From Polyangiales bacterium (GTDB lineage Bacteria; Myxococcota_A; Polyangia; Polyangiales; Ga0077539), in assembly GCA_044229975.1 (NCBI GenBank), contig JBGARZ010000017.1, positions 96,001 to 160,000 of the forward strand: a DNA stretch of 64,000 nucleotides, given 5' to 3'. The notes below the pieces were generated by a model that did no database searches, was not told the DNA's origin, and was given only the letters and a program-made list of their open reading frames with translations. A program made the translations under genes and the position numbers. Every line of letters begins with the position of its first letter. The stretch's first letter is position 1. Below, piece by piece: positions 1 through 10,076 of the stretch.

Positions 1-164
1 CAGAGCTTCGGACGCACGTCGGCGAACTCACCGGCGGCGCCGGCTTCCCTCAGCTCATTCTCCGGATCGGCTACGGCACGGCGGGTGCGCCGACGCCGCG
101 GCGTCCCGTCACCGAGGTCCTCGATTCGGACCCGAACCAGGCCGCGAAGAGCGACGGAGGCTAA
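1..164 (+). CDS. 3' end of an Acg-family FMN-binding nitroreductase-like protein (partial, enters from the left edge)
   Basis: Frame 3 reads ELRTHVGELTGGAGFPQLILRIGYGTAGAPTPRRPVTEVL...TAA; PQLxLRxGYG...TPRRPV is the typical Acg C-terminus. Not in the ORF track. Confidence 0.7.
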   Translation, partial: ELRTHVGELTGGAGFPQLILRIGYGTAGAPTPRRPVTEVLDSDPNQAAKSDGG

Positions 165-350
165 GCCGACGACGCGGGGTTCGCCGCGAAGTCGATGCCT
201 CAGAAGAAACACCGCCGTAGATCCGCGTGGAGGCGACTGTCTTCGTGCCGACTCGCTCGCAGCCGGGGAACGTGACGGCGATCTCCTCAAGAAGCGATGG
301 GGTCGAGCTCCGCCAGTGGAGGCGGATGCAGGTCGCTGGCATCGCCCTCG

Positions 351-1247
351 TCACGGTTCATCGCGCCCGACACGGATGCGGCCGTGAACCGATTCGCCTG
401 GTGCGCAGGCGGCGCGCTCGATCGCGTACAGGTACCGCGCGGTCAGCGCGAGGCCCACCGTCCCGAGGATCACAAAGGCGACGGTCTGCACGGGGTCGCC
501 CGGCACGCCCCGGCGTGCGGCTAGGGCCGTGGTGACCACCAGCGTGAAGCCGATGAGCGTCGCCTTCGGGAGGAGCACGCCGGCGAGCACGAAGCCCCAT
601 GGGCGACGTCGCCAGAGCAGCACGCCGCCCCAGAACATCGCCGGGAGGGCGACCACCAGGTCCAGCGACCAGACAAGGTGGGGTACCGGCCCCGGAGCGC
701 GACCCGAGGCGATCGCGGAGGCGATGCCCCCGCCCCAGAGCGAGACGAAGAGCAGGGCCATGGCCACCAGAAAGCCGCCCACCGGCCGCGCCGGAGTGCG
801 TGGCCCGAAGGCGGCCTTCACTGCGTTGGGATCGACCTCGACCAGGAGGCCGAGCAATGCGTACGTGCTCATGGAAACGACGGCGACGTGGGCGGGGAAC
901 AGCAGCGAGAAGCGACACCCCAGCACGTAGAACGCGTACGAGTACGCGACGTAGAAGAGCGTCCCCATCCAGAGCAGACGGCCCGCGAGCGCGCCGCGCC
1001 GGGCCAGCCACACCGAGGCCGCGAGTAGCGGGAGGCCGACAACGAGGCTGACCGCGTCCTGCCCGATGAACGCGGCGAGCGTCGCCGGGTCAGGATCGTA
1101 GAGGCGCTCGGCGCCCCACCGCAGGCCCACCACCGAGGTGGCCGTCATGAGTGCGCCAACGGCGATCGAGAGGGCGACCGAAAGCCGAAGGAGGCCCGGT
1201 TCGCGTCGAGCTGGTGCGGCGAGGGGAGCTGCGAGTGGGAGGGTCAT
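351..1247 (-). CDS. Conserved hypothetical multi-pass membrane protein
   Basis: About 8 hydrophobic segments, GQDAVSLVVGLPLL and LDLVVALP motifs; ORF could extend to 1307, ATG at 1247 chosen. Confidence 0.7.
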   Translation of the reverse strand: MTLPLAAPLAAPARREPGLLRLSVALSIAVGALMTATSVVGLRWGAERLYDPDPATLAAFIGQDAVSLVVGLPLLAASVWLARRGALAGRLLWMGTLFYVAYSYAFYVLGCRFSLLFPAHVAVVSMSTYALLGLLVEVDPNAVKAAFGPRTPARPVGGFLVAMALLFVSLWGGGIASAIASGRAPGPVPHLVWSLDLVVALPAMFWGGVLLWRRRPWGFVLAGVLLPKATLIGFTLVVTTALAARRGVPGDPVQTVAFVILGTVGLALTARYLYAIERAACAPGESVHGRIRVGRDEP

Positions 1248-1628
1248 GGCGAGGGTTGTCAGGGCCAGTCCGCAAGTCCCGAGCCGGATGGCTGTGGGCG
1301 ACGCCAACGGTTCGCTGGAGCGGCCACTGACCTCACGAACGGACTGCGATCAGCGGGGCGCAGGGGCGGCGTCGCGGAGTCGGTGCTCCAGGTCGGTACG
1401 CTCCGCGCTCACGCGGGTCGTGGTGGCGCCCACGAGCCGACCCTCACGGCCCGCATCAAGGCCTCCGAGTAGTCGCAGGCGGGGAGGCTAGGGACGAGGG
1501 CCGTCGCCATGAGGATTCGAAGAGTTCGGGAGGAGAGGGTTGGCTTCATGCGGGGCGCATCGAGCACGCCGCGTACCGCCTCGCGGTTCCGCGCCTGGCG
1601 GCGGCACGTCGCTTGAGTCAGGGAGCGC

Positions 1629-2030
1629 ATGTCACCCACGCTCGCTCCGACCCGACGAGTCCTGCTCATGGAGGACGACGCCTCCGCGGGGGGCAGGCTC
1701 GCGCAGATGCTGCGCGAGGACGGCTACGAGGTGGAGTTCGTGCCCGACGGGGAGACGGCGATCTCGCGGCTCCGACGCTCCCCGCCCCCGGACGTGCTGG
1801 TGGCCGACTACCGGCTCCCGGGGATCGATGGGCTCGGCGTCGCGGCCTTCGTGCGGGATCGATGGCCGGGCATGCCGGTGATCATGGTCACCAGCTACCC
1901 CGAGGTGATCGAGCGCGTCACCCGTCGCGACGGCACGCCGATGGTCATCCTCGGCAAGCCCCTCACGTATGCGGACCTCGTCCGCGAGCTGGAGCGGGGA
2001 CGCCGCGTCGACCCGACCCCGGGGTCGTGA
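1629..2030 (+). CDS. Single-domain response regulator (REC)
   Basis: VLLMEDD...DYRLPGIDG...MVTS...GKP receiver motifs; GGAG RBS upstream. Confidence 0.85.
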   Translation: MSPTLAPTRRVLLMEDDASAGGRLAQMLREDGYEVEFVPDGETAISRLRRSPPPDVLVADYRLPGIDGLGVAAFVRDRWPGMPVIMVTSYPEVIERVTRRDGTPMVILGKPLTYADLVRELERGRRVDPTPGS

Positions 2031-2677
2031 CAACGCTCAAGAGTCCGGGCGTCGCCGTGCGCGTCGTGGGGGTGAGGGAGACGCTCTCCGGCGACGGCGC
2101 GGTCCGACGTCACCTGACCGTGTACTGCGAAGACGCGGGCCGGTCGGTCGATGCGATCGCCTGCGCCGACTGCGCCCACTGTGTAGGGAACGAGGGACCG
2201 ACGGTGAACCGCCCGGGCGCCGTGCATTGCCTGCGACTCGACGTCGAGCGCGCGTCCGCCCCACGGGGGTCGGGGCCGAGCCTCCCCGTGTGGTCGGTGA
2301 TGCAGCGCGACGTGGTGTGCGTGACGGCGGACGTCGCCCCCGCGACCGTCACCGCGCTGCTCCGCGCGTGGGGCGCCGACGGCGTCCCCGTCGTGGACGA
2401 GAGCGGTCGTCCGGTTGGGATGGTCTCCCGAACGGACCTCCTGGGCCGACCTCTCCACCGCGGCGAGCTCGCGAATCCGGCAGCGCACCCGCCGGTCCCG
2501 CGGACCGTGGCCGAGGTGATGACTCCCCGGGCGCTCTCGGTCATCGAGACGACCGCGCTGGCCGCCGCCGTCGCGTCCATGTCGGCCGCCGGGTTTCATC
2601 AGCTACCGGTCGTCCTGGCGGACGGCACCATCGTGGGTGTCCTCTCGACGCGCGCGGTGGTCCGTCGGGTGAGATGA
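2027..2677 (+). CDS. CBS-pair protein with Cys-rich N-terminal domain
   Basis: GTG start overlaps the REC stop (GTGA); VYC...CADCAHC...VHC, then two CBS motifs (VMQRDVVCV...VPVVD...VGMVS; VAEVMTP...LPVV...VGVLS). Confidence 0.8.
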   Translation: MTTLKSPGVAVRVVGVRETLSGDGAVRRHLTVYCEDAGRSVDAIACADCAHCVGNEGPTVNRPGAVHCLRLDVERASAPRGSGPSLPVWSVMQRDVVCVTADVAPATVTALLRAWGADGVPVVDESGRPVGMVSRTDLLGRPLHRGELANPAAHPPVPRTVAEVMTPRALSVIETTALAAAVASMSAAGFHQLPVVLADGTIVGVLSTRAVVRRVR

Positions 2678-2700
2678 GGGGACCGCGCACGGGTTGCGAC

Positions 2701-3828
2701 TCAGTCGCGATGGTGTCCCCACAGCGCGGGGCGGTTGATCTCGACGTCGAGGATCTCCCATCGGTAGTAGTCGAAGTCGCCCGCGGGAAGCCGCCAGATG
2801 GCGCCGCCGCGTACGGGCACCTCGACGCCCCGGATCACCCTCCAGGTGGTCGCGGGAATCACCCACGTCTCCAGGGTCGCGCCGTTGTAGTACCGCCGCG
2901 CCGTGAGGCGGGTGAAGCGCCCGCGTGCGTCGAACTCGAAGACCGCGGACGCCTCGACCCCGTCGACCCGGAGCGTGGCCCGGGCGCTCGCGTCGTCGAT
3001 GGCCTCCCAGGAGATCGACCGGGATAGCGCGGCGGACGGGAACCAGATGATCTCCCCCAGGTAGCGGAGCGCGGTGCCCTGGTCGAAGCGCGGGCCGGTG
3101 CCGTCGGCCACCGCGAAGAGGCCCGCGAGGGTGATGTACATCCGCCCCCTACCGCCGACGAAGGTGTCGCGACCCGCGAGCGGCAGCACACCCGCCATCG
3201 TCACGTCGACGTTCCACACGAAGCCGGGCTCGTCGGCGGTGAAGTACTGCGTCGCCTCGGCGTGCATGAACGCGCGCCCCGGCCCGGTGCGCATCTCGCC
3301 GCGCTGCCGCAGGCGCACCGTCCGCGCCCGCGGCCGACCGACGGCCCCGCAGCCTTCGAGCCAGCGGCGCACCGGCGACGGCAGCGACGCGAGCTCCTCC
3401 GCGCGTACCACGGGGGCGTCACCGACCGTGCTTCGCGCGAAGAGCGCCCGGGCGTGGCGGTCGTTCACCGAGTGAAACCCGTGAACGCCCGCGGCCATGA
3501 CCACGGCGAGGCCCAGGAGCGCGTTGGCCGCCGTCCCGGCCCGCGCCTCGCCCCACTGGAGGATGATCAGCGTCTGCGACAGGGCCAGGTTCGGGGCGGC
3601 CACCATCCACCACGCGTCGCGATCGAGGAGGCGCAGCGTGGCGGCGGCGAGGAGGCCGACCGCCGTCAGGAGCCACAGGGCGCCGACCGCACGAAGCGCG
3701 CCCTCCGGCAAAGGTACGATCGTGCGGCCGCTCAGCCGTGGGAGCTCGGCCAGCTTCCACGCCTTGAGGAAGCCCGGGAGGTGGATCAGCCCGTGGAGGA
3801 CGAGGAGTGCGGCGGTCGCGATGCGCAT
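2701..3828 (-). CDS. DUF6544/DUF6920-like membrane-anchored protein
   Basis: N-terminal TMs (HGLIH), then LPxPVRRWL, VRLRQRGEMR, ATQYFT, LRYLGEIIWFPSAAL, G.A.W.L..GDF.YY. Confidence 0.7.
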   Translation of the reverse strand: MRIATAALLVLHGLIHLPGFLKAWKLAELPRLSGRTIVPLPEGALRAVGALWLLTAVGLLAAATLRLLDRDAWWMVAAPNLALSQTLIILQWGEARAGTAANALLGLAVVMAAGVHGFHSVNDRHARALFARSTVGDAPVVRAEELASLPSPVRRWLEGCGAVGRPRARTVRLRQRGEMRTGPGRAFMHAEATQYFTADEPGFVWNVDVTMAGVLPLAGRDTFVGGRGRMYITLAGLFAVADGTGPRFDQGTALRYLGEIIWFPSAALSRSISWEAIDDASARATLRVDGVEASAVFEFDARGRFTRLTARRYYNGATLETWVIPATTWRVIRGVEVPVRGGAIWRLPAGDFDYYRWEILDVEINRPALWGHHRD

Positions 3829-3834
3829 CGACCG

Positions 3835-5064
3835 TCACGCCCCGACGTGGCCGCCGGGCAACGGCGGAGGGGCGTGACTGGAGCCGTCATCGCCGGTCGC
3901 GGGGAGCAGGTCGCCGTCGCCCATCTCGATCACGTCGAGGTCCATCGACACCTCGCCGACGGCAGCCTGGATATACTGGAGGTCGCGTCGTCGCCGGTCT
4001 TCGCGGGGCTCGGCTCCGCCACCGGTCATTGGCGATGCCCCGGCACGGCCACGCCCCCGCGCCAGCACTGCGACGAGTCGCCGGTCGGCCTCGCGCAGCT
4101 GCCGGACGCTCACCGTGGCGAGGTGATGCTGGAGGCTCACCGCCGCGGGACCTCCAGCGCCAACGAGGCGCTCGTATCCATCGCGCCCCATCTCCAGCGC
4201 CGTGACGGTGCGACGGGCGCGGAGGGTGGCCGATCGCCGGGTGCCGTCGAGCAGCGCCGCCTGCCCCACGGTGGAGCCCGCGCGCAGCGTCGTGAGCACC
4301 CGCTCTCCGGCCATCAGCGCCTTGACCACCTCGACCTCGCCCGCGAGGACGAAGTAGCAGCAACGCGCCTCGGACCCCTGCGACGAGAGCACCTCGCCTC
4401 CGGCGAAGTGTCGCTCCTCGCACGCCGAGAGCAGCGCCCTGAGGTCGTCGTCACCGCAGTCGAGCGTCACCCCACAGGCGCGTAGCGCGAAGGGCTCCAC
4501 CGTGGGTCGGCGCGGCGGCGGCGGGGCGGAGCGTGGCCACCGCGAGCGGATCCTTCCGGGCTCCGCGGCAGGCGGCGACGAGAGAGGGGCGAACGCGCTC
4601 ACCTCGCCGAGCTCGATGGCGATCCGCCGGTCGACCGCGTGCAGCTTCCGCGCGACGCCGTGGAGGATCGCCGTGAGCAGTCGCGCCGCGACGCGGGGCC
4701 ACTCCCGGCGCAGGGCCTCGAATCCGCGCCGGTCGAGCTCCAGCACGACGGAGGGCGCCGTCGCGACGACCGTGGACGATCGGGGCTCCGGGTCGATGAA
4801 GGCCCCCTCGCCGATGAGCGCGCCGGCGCCGAGCACGGCGACCTCGGCCCCCGGGATCGGGACGTCGCGCAGGCTGACGGCGACCTCGCCCCGGACCACG
4901 ATCGCGAGCGCGTCTCCGGGGTCGCCCTCGCGGAACAGGACGTCGCCGGGTTCGAGCCATCGATCCCGCGCGTGCGAGAGGAACGCGTCGAGCTCGGCGA
5001 CCTCGAGGGGGTGGAAGAGTTCGAGGCGACGCAGGTCGAGGTGATGGGCGGATGCGGGTAGCAT
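3835..5064 (-). CDS. Tandem cyclic-nucleotide-binding domain protein
   Basis: Two cNMP domains (LFREGDPGD...GEGAFIDPEPRSSTV; GQAALLDGTRRSATLRA); no HTH. Confidence 0.85.
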   Translation of the reverse strand: MLPASAHHLDLRRLELFHPLEVAELDAFLSHARDRWLEPGDVLFREGDPGDALAIVVRGEVAVSLRDVPIPGAEVAVLGAGALIGEGAFIDPEPRSSTVVATAPSVVLELDRRGFEALRREWPRVAARLLTAILHGVARKLHAVDRRIAIELGEVSAFAPLSSPPAAEPGRIRSRWPRSAPPPPRRPTVEPFALRACGVTLDCGDDDLRALLSACEERHFAGGEVLSSQGSEARCCYFVLAGEVEVVKALMAGERVLTTLRAGSTVGQAALLDGTRRSATLRARRTVTALEMGRDGYERLVGAGGPAAVSLQHHLATVSVRQLREADRRLVAVLARGRGRAGASPMTGGGAEPREDRRRRDLQYIQAAVGEVSMDLDVIEMGDGDLLPATGDDGSSHAPPPLPGGHVGA

Positions 5065-5112
5065 GGTCGTCCTCCGGGGGTGGCGCCGGGTTGCGGTTGA
5101 GGCGATCCATCG

Positions 5113-5128
5113 AGCACGGGTCGTGCCG
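5113..5128 (-). promoter_or_regulatory. Candidate sigma54 -24/-12 promoter for the cNMP/DUF6544 operon
   Basis: CGGCAC-GACCC-GTGCT (GG-N10-GC), about 50 bp upstream of the ATG. Confidence 0.6.
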
Positions 5129-5171
5129 CCGCCCGACGTCCATGCGGAAGTGTCGGTGTGGTGGCGTAGCG

Positions 5172-5414
5172 TCAGCGGGTCGAGTTCGCCCCATCGAGGA
5201 ACTCACGGACGATCGGGTCGACGCTCGCCTCGATGGTCGCGACGGGGCCGATGGCGACGACCCTCCCTTCGTGAAGGAGCGCGATCCGATCGGCGACGCG
5301 GGAGGCCAGCGCGAGGTCGTGGGTGACGACGACGGAGGTGACCTTCAACTGCTCTCGCAGGGACGCGATCAGGTCGCCCAGAGGGATCGAGTGACTCCGT
5401 CGATCTGCGTGCAT
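5172..5414 (-). pseudogene. Remnant of an MlaF/Ttg2A-like ABC ATPase (C-terminal part only)
   Basis: TSVVVTHDLALASRVADRIALLHEGRVVAIG...DPIVREFLDG; Walker A, signature and Walker B are absent. Confidence 0.75.
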
Positions 5415-5503
5415 GGTTCAACCTTTCCTTCGGATGAGGGAAGAGCCGCGCGTGCCACTTCCACTTCCGGCAACCACTGCTCGAACAACCCGTCAGGTCG
5501 TCT

Positions 5504-5720
5504 GACGACGCGGCGCTGCTCCCGACGCTCGCGCCCTCGATCGGCGCGATGGCGGTGGCTGGCGTCGTCGCCGCGGCGCAGGCCTACCGACGGTCCTCCT
5601 CGCCTCCAGGTATCGTGAGCGGTTCGTCGGAGGACGCGAGCGTGCGCAACCCTTCGAGCTGCGCTCCGCGATCACCTTCGGGGTGCTCTACGGGGTGACC
5701 CTGGCGATGAAAACGAAGCC
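5504..5720 (+). pseudogene. Internal remnant of an MgtC/SapB-DUF4010 membrane protein
   Basis: ALLPTLAPSIGAMAVAGVVAAAQAYRR...VRNP(frameshift)FELRSAITFGVLYG; NPFEL..A..FG is characteristic of DUF4010. Confidence 0.6.
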
Positions 5721-5724
5721 ACCC

Positions 5725-6798
5725 TCACGCCGTGCGCTGCCGGAGCCGCGGACCGAGCGTCAGTGCCAGGATCGCCCCGGTGACGAGTGCCGCGCCCGCG
5801 ACCTCGTGCCCGTCGGGAGCGCGCTGCGACGGGAACAGAGCCGCCAGCGCGAGCGCAGCGGCGACGCCCGCGAGCACGCTCGATGCGCGGTTGACCGGCA
5901 CGGCGAAGGAGTTCTCTCGCTTGTCGAGCAGGATCAATCCGCCGAACACGCCCGTGAGCTGGGAGAGCAGCCCGACGGCTACCACCACGAGCGCCGCGGG
6001 GCCGGTTGGCACCTCCGTGAACCCGCGCTGCACGGCCTCCCCGAGAGCGCCGCGCCCAGCGATCGCGACCGCGACGAGCGCGACGAGGGCCGCCGGGCTC
6101 GCGACCATCTGCTCCTCGACGAAGAACCGCCGGTTGTCCTCGTCGGACCCCTTCGCGAGGCGGCTCATGGCGCGCAGCCGTACGAAGTAGGCTGCGAGGT
6201 ACACGGCGACGTCCACCACGGCGACGAGGGGGAGCGGCGCGCGCGCGCCCGGGGCCACCGTCGCACCGAGCGCCCCGAGGCTAAGGCCGAGCGCCACCCA
6301 CGAGAACCACCGCACCCGCCGACCGCTGACGGCGTCGACGATCGGCGCGAGGACCAGCACGCCGCCGCGCATCAGCAGCATCATGAACACGATGCTCGCC
6401 CCGCGGAACGTGTACGCCAGCGTCGTCGTGAGCATCACGGCCGCGGTGCACAGCCCCGAGAGGAGGGTCCAGCGACCCGGCCGCGGCAGGCGCACGCCCG
6501 CCACCGTCGCCTGGCCCGCCGCGCGCCACCAGCCGAGCACCGTGATCAGCGCGAACATCCCGACCGTCGACGCCGCGACGCTGATGGGCAGCAGCGAGGG
6601 GCCGTCGATCGGCCCTCCCAGTGACGGCACGAGTCCCGACGACAGCACCTTGGTCAGGGCGCTGTAGGGCACGTAGGCTGAGAAGTACCCGAAGGCGCAG
6701 AGCCAGATCGACTGCCCGCCCAGCCACTCCCGCAGGACTCCCCGATGGGAGGTCCGATGCCCTCCCGTCGTCGACGGCTCGCTAGCGGTGCGTCTCAA
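5725..6798 (-). CDS. Conserved hypothetical multi-pass membrane protein
   Basis: About 10 TM segments; YVPYSALTK, LLMRGGVL, RENSFAVPVNRASS motifs; directly downstream of ppsA; exact start uncertain. Confidence 0.7.
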   Translation of the reverse strand: MRRTASEPSTTGGHRTSHRGVLREWLGGQSIWLCAFGYFSAYVPYSALTKVLSSGLVPSLGGPIDGPSLLPISVAASTVGMFALITVLGWWRAAGQATVAGVRLPRPGRWTLLSGLCTAAVMLTTTLAYTFRGASIVFMMLLMRGGVLVLAPIVDAVSGRRVRWFSWVALGLSLGALGATVAPGARAPLPLVAVVDVAVYLAAYFVRLRAMSRLAKGSDEDNRRFFVEEQMVASPAALVALVAVAIAGRGALGEAVQRGFTEVPTGPAALVVVAVGLLSQLTGVFGGLILLDKRENSFAVPVNRASSVLAGVAAALALAALFPSQRAPDGHEVAGAALVTGAILALTLGPRLRQRTA

Positions 6799-9187
6799 CC
6801 TGGGTCTTCTCCAGTTCGAGCACGGCGAGCGTGGTCTTCACGACGCTGTCGGGGTTGAGCGAGAGCGCGTCGATGCCGAGGCGCACCAGGAGGGCCGCGA
6901 CCTCCGGGTGGTCGGACGGCGCCTGGCCGCAGATGGCCGCCGGGCGCCCGTTGCGGTGGGCGCCCGCCACCGCCTGGCGCAGCAGCTCCAGCACGCCCGG
7001 GTCGCGCTCGTCGAACTCGAAGGCCACCAGCGCCGAGTCGCGGTCGACGCCCAGGGTGAGCTGCGTGAGGTCGTTGGAGCCGATGGAGATGCCGTCGAAG
7101 AGCCGACAGAAGGCGTCGATCTGGAGGACGTTGTTGGGGATCTCGCACATCACCAGCACCTTCAGCCCGCGCTCGCCGCGCACGAGCCCGTGCTTCGCCA
7201 TCTCGGCCAGCACCCGCTCGCCCTCGGCCACGCGGCGGCAGAAGGGGACCATCAGCTCCACGTTGCTCAGGCCCATGTCCTCGCGGACCCGGCGCATCGC
7301 GCGGCACTCCAGCGCGAACGCCTCGGCGTAGCTCGGGTGCGTGTAGCGCGACGCGCCCCGCAGGCCGATCATGGGGTTCTCTTCAACGGGCTCGAAGTCG
7401 CGGCCGCCCACGAGGCTCGCGTACTCGTTGGACTTGAAGTCCGACAGGCGCACCACCACGGGCTTCGGGTAGAACGCCGCCGCGAGGGTCCCGACGCCCT
7501 GCGCGAGCTGGTCGACGAAGTACTCCGCGCGGTCGGCGTAGCCCGCCGTGAGCCGGTCGAGCTCGGCACGCGCGGCCGGGTCGGTCACCCGCTCCGGGTG
7601 CAGCAGCGCCATCGGGTGCGCCGCGATGGTGTGGCTGATGATGAACTCCAGGCGCGCCAGCCCGACGCCGTCGTTGGGCAGCGCCGCGAGCGAGAACGCG
7701 CGGCCCGGGTCGCCGACGTTCATCAGGATGCGGGTGCGCGGCCGGGGCATCGATCCGATCTCGGTGCGCTCGACGTGGTGTGCGAGGCGCCCCTTGTAGA
7801 CCCTGCCCGCGTCACCGCCGGCGCAGGAGACCGTGACGTCCGTGCCGGTGGCGAGGCGGCGCGTGGCGTCGGCCGCGCCCACCACGGCGGGGATCCCGAG
7901 CTCCCGCGCGACGATGGCCGCGTGGCAGGTGCGGCCGCCGCGCTCGGTGACGATGGCCGCGGCGCGCTTCATCACCGGCTCCCAGTCGGGCGTCGTCGTG
8001 TCGGCCACAAGCACCTCGCCGTCGCGGAAGTCCGCGAGCTGCGAGGGGTCGCGCAGCACACGCACCGGCCCCGCGCCGATGCGGTCGCCCACGCTCACAC
8101 CGCTCGCCAGCACCGGCCCGGTGCCGTCGAGGACGTACCGTTCGACGACGTCGACCCGCCCGGAAGCGCGCACCGTCTCGGGCCGGGCCTGCACCACGAA
8201 GAGCTCGCCGGTGACTCCGTCGCGAGCCCACTCGATGTCCATGGGGGTGTCGCGGCCCGCGCGCCCGGTGTAGTGGCGCTCGATCGCCACGGCGGTGCGG
8301 GCGAGGGCGAGCACCTCGTCGTCGGTGAGGCAGAAGCGGGCGCGCTCCTCGGCGGGCACGGCGAGGTTGCGCGTGGCGGGACCCGCCGGGTCGTCGCCGT
8401 ACACCATGCGCAGATGCTTGCCCCCGAGTCGCCGCCGCAGGATGGGGCGCGGCGCGGAGTCGAGGGTGGGCTTGAAGACGTAGAACTCGTCGGGATCGAC
8501 GGCGCCCTGCACGACGTTCTCGCCGAGGCCGAAGGCGGCGTTGAGGAGCACCACGTCGCGGAAGCCGGTCTCGGTGTCGAGGGTGAACATCACGCCGCTC
8601 GACCCGAGGTCGGAGCGCACCATGCGCTGCACGCCGATGGAGAGCGCGACCCGCAGGTGGTCGAAGCCCTGGTCGATGCGGTAGGCGATGGCGCGCTCGG
8701 TGAAGAGACTCGCGAAGCAGCGGCGGCAGGCCGCGCGCAGCGCATCGAGTCCGCTGACGTGGAGGAAGCTCTCCTGCTGGCCCGCGAAGGAGGCGCCGGG
8801 GAGGTCCTCCGCCGTGGCCGAGGAGCGCACCGCCACCGAGTCGGCGCCCTCGCGCGTGAGGCGCTCGTACGCGTCAACGATCTCCGCCCAGAGGTCCGCG
8901 GGGAGCTCGGCCGACTCGATGAGCGCGCGGGCGGCCGTGGCGCGGCGCGCGAGGTCGGCGGTGTTGTTCTTGTCGACGCCGGCCATCAGGTCGGACAGCG
9001 GGGCGCGCAGCTTCGCATCGTCGAGTACGCGCCAGTAGGCCTCGGCCGTGACCGCGAAGCCGGGTGGAACCTTCACGCCGAGCGGACGGAGCGAGCGCCA
9101 CAGCTCGCCGAGCGACGCGTTCTTGCCGCCGACGAGCGGAAGGTCGGCGAGGGTGAGCTCTTCGAAGCGGCGGATGTAGCGGTCCAT
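6782..9187 (-). CDS. ppsA: Phosphoenolpyruvate synthase
   Basis: VGGKNASLGE, AVRSSATAEDLP.ASFAGQQ, DIEWA, GGRTCHAAI (phospho-His), SIGSNDLTQ, ICGQAPSD. Confidence 0.95.
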   Translation of the reverse strand: MDRYIRRFEELTLADLPLVGGKNASLGELWRSLRPLGVKVPPGFAVTAEAYWRVLDDAKLRAPLSDLMAGVDKNNTADLARRATAARALIESAELPADLWAEIVDAYERLTREGADSVAVRSSATAEDLPGASFAGQQESFLHVSGLDALRAACRRCFASLFTERAIAYRIDQGFDHLRVALSIGVQRMVRSDLGSSGVMFTLDTETGFRDVVLLNAAFGLGENVVQGAVDPDEFYVFKPTLDSAPRPILRRRLGGKHLRMVYGDDPAGPATRNLAVPAEERARFCLTDDEVLALARTAVAIERHYTGRAGRDTPMDIEWARDGVTGELFVVQARPETVRASGRVDVVERYVLDGTGPVLASGVSVGDRIGAGPVRVLRDPSQLADFRDGEVLVADTTTPDWEPVMKRAAAIVTERGGRTCHAAIVARELGIPAVVGAADATRRLATGTDVTVSCAGGDAGRVYKGRLAHHVERTEIGSMPRPRTRILMNVGDPGRAFSLAALPNDGVGLARLEFIISHTIAAHPMALLHPERVTDPAARAELDRLTAGYADRAEYFVDQLAQGVGTLAAAFYPKPVVVRLSDFKSNEYASLVGGRDFEPVEENPMIGLRGASRYTHPSYAEAFALECRAMRRVREDMGLSNVELMVPFCRRVAEGERVLAEMAKHGLVRGERGLKVLVMCEIPNNVLQIDAFCRLFDGISIGSNDLTQLTLGVDRDSALVAFEFDERDPGVLELLRQAVAGAHRNGRPAAICGQAPSDHPEVAALLVRLGIDALSLNPDSVVKTTLAVLELEKTQVETHR

Positions 9188-9200
9188 GACCCACCCCGAC

Positions 9201-9216
9201 TGCACCGCACGCGCCA
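9201..9216 (-). promoter_or_regulatory. Candidate sigma54 promoter for ppsA
   Basis: TGGCGC-GTGCG-GTGCA (GG-N10-GC). Confidence 0.5.
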
Positions 9217-9259
9217 CCGCTCACGCGGACCGTGAGCGCGGTGATGGACCCGAATGTCG

Positions 9260-9274
9260 GCGCAGCTTCTGCGC
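9260..9274. promoter_or_regulatory. Palindromic candidate enhancer (UAS) GCGCA-N5-TGCGC
   Basis: GGCGCAGCTTCTGCGCC between divergent sigma54-like promoters; the motif recurs at 23230, 26016, 27339, 32129, 32150 and 37603. Confidence 0.5.
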
Positions 9275-9348
9275 CTCCCGGGCAAACCGTTCGCCGACCG
9301 TACGATCGACGATGGGTAGTCGACGGCGGCGACGGGGCCGCCTCGTGG

Positions 9349-9364
9349 CGGCACATGCCGTGCT
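9349..9364 (+). promoter_or_regulatory. Candidate sigma54 promoter for the BON-USP operon
   Basis: CGGCAC-ATGCC-GTGCT. Confidence 0.6.
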
Positions 9365-9404
9365 CATGCACCCACGTACGAGGACGATGATGGAGACCCA
9401 CGGG

Positions 9405-10061
9405 ATGAGGACGGACGGCCAGATCCAGGCAGACGTGATGAGTGAGCTCGCGGCCGACACGAGGGTCCGCGCGACGGACATCGGGGTGACGGTGGAGGGC
9501 GGCGTGGTGACGCTGATCGGCGCGGTCGACTACTGGGCGCGGCGGCACGCGGCGCAGCAGGCGGCGCACCGGGTCGCGGGGGTGAGGGACGTCGCCAACG
9601 ACATCCAGGTGCGGGTGCCGGGCTCCCTCCAGCGCACCGACGCGGACATCGCCAGGGCGGTGCGCCGCGCGTTGGAGTGGGACGCCCGGGTGCCCGACGA
9701 GCGTATCCGCTGCACGGTGTCCAACGGCGACGTCTGTCTGGAGGGGGCCGTGGAGTACTGGAGCCAGCGCGAGGACACCGAGGACGCCGTGCGCAACCTC
9801 GCGGGCGTGAGGAGCGTGAACAACGCACTCGCGATCGACCCCCCGAGCGTTACGCCGGAGGAGGTCCGCCGCGCCATCGCCGACGCCCTGGAGCGTCGCG
9901 TGAGCCGCGAAGGCGAGGGCGTCGAGATCACCCTCGAGAACGGTCGCGTCACGCTCGCCGGGGTCGTTCGCACCTGGGACGAGCGCGCGGCGGTCCTGGG
10001 CGCGGCGGGCGCGCTGCCGGGCGTCCGCGGCGTCACCGATCGCCTTCGCCTCGCACGCTGA
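9405..10061 (+). CDS. Triple BON-domain protein (OsmY-like, no signal peptide)
   Basis: Three repeats of D..I...V...L / V.V..G.VTL.G.V / GVR.V.N.I.V; GGAG RBS before ATG 9405. Confidence 0.9.
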   Translation: MRTDGQIQADVMSELAADTRVRATDIGVTVEGGVVTLIGAVDYWARRHAAQQAAHRVAGVRDVANDIQVRVPGSLQRTDADIARAVRRALEWDARVPDERIRCTVSNGDVCLEGAVEYWSQREDTEDAVRNLAGVRSVNNALAIDPPSVTPEEVRRAIADALERRVSREGEGVEITLENGRVTLAGVVRTWDERAAVLGAAGALPGVRGVTDRLRLAR

Positions 10062-10076
10062 ACCAAAGGAGACACC

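Noticed and set aside
1350..1550. Small lipoprotein-like ORF (MKPTLSS...LPAC) on the minus strand
   Set aside because: Short, possibly frameshifted, with no recognisable family; cannot be supported.
1602..1617. Sigma54 promoter before the REC gene (CGGCAC-GTCGC-TTGAG)
   Set aside because: The -12 element is GA rather than GC and lies very close to the start; left unannotated.
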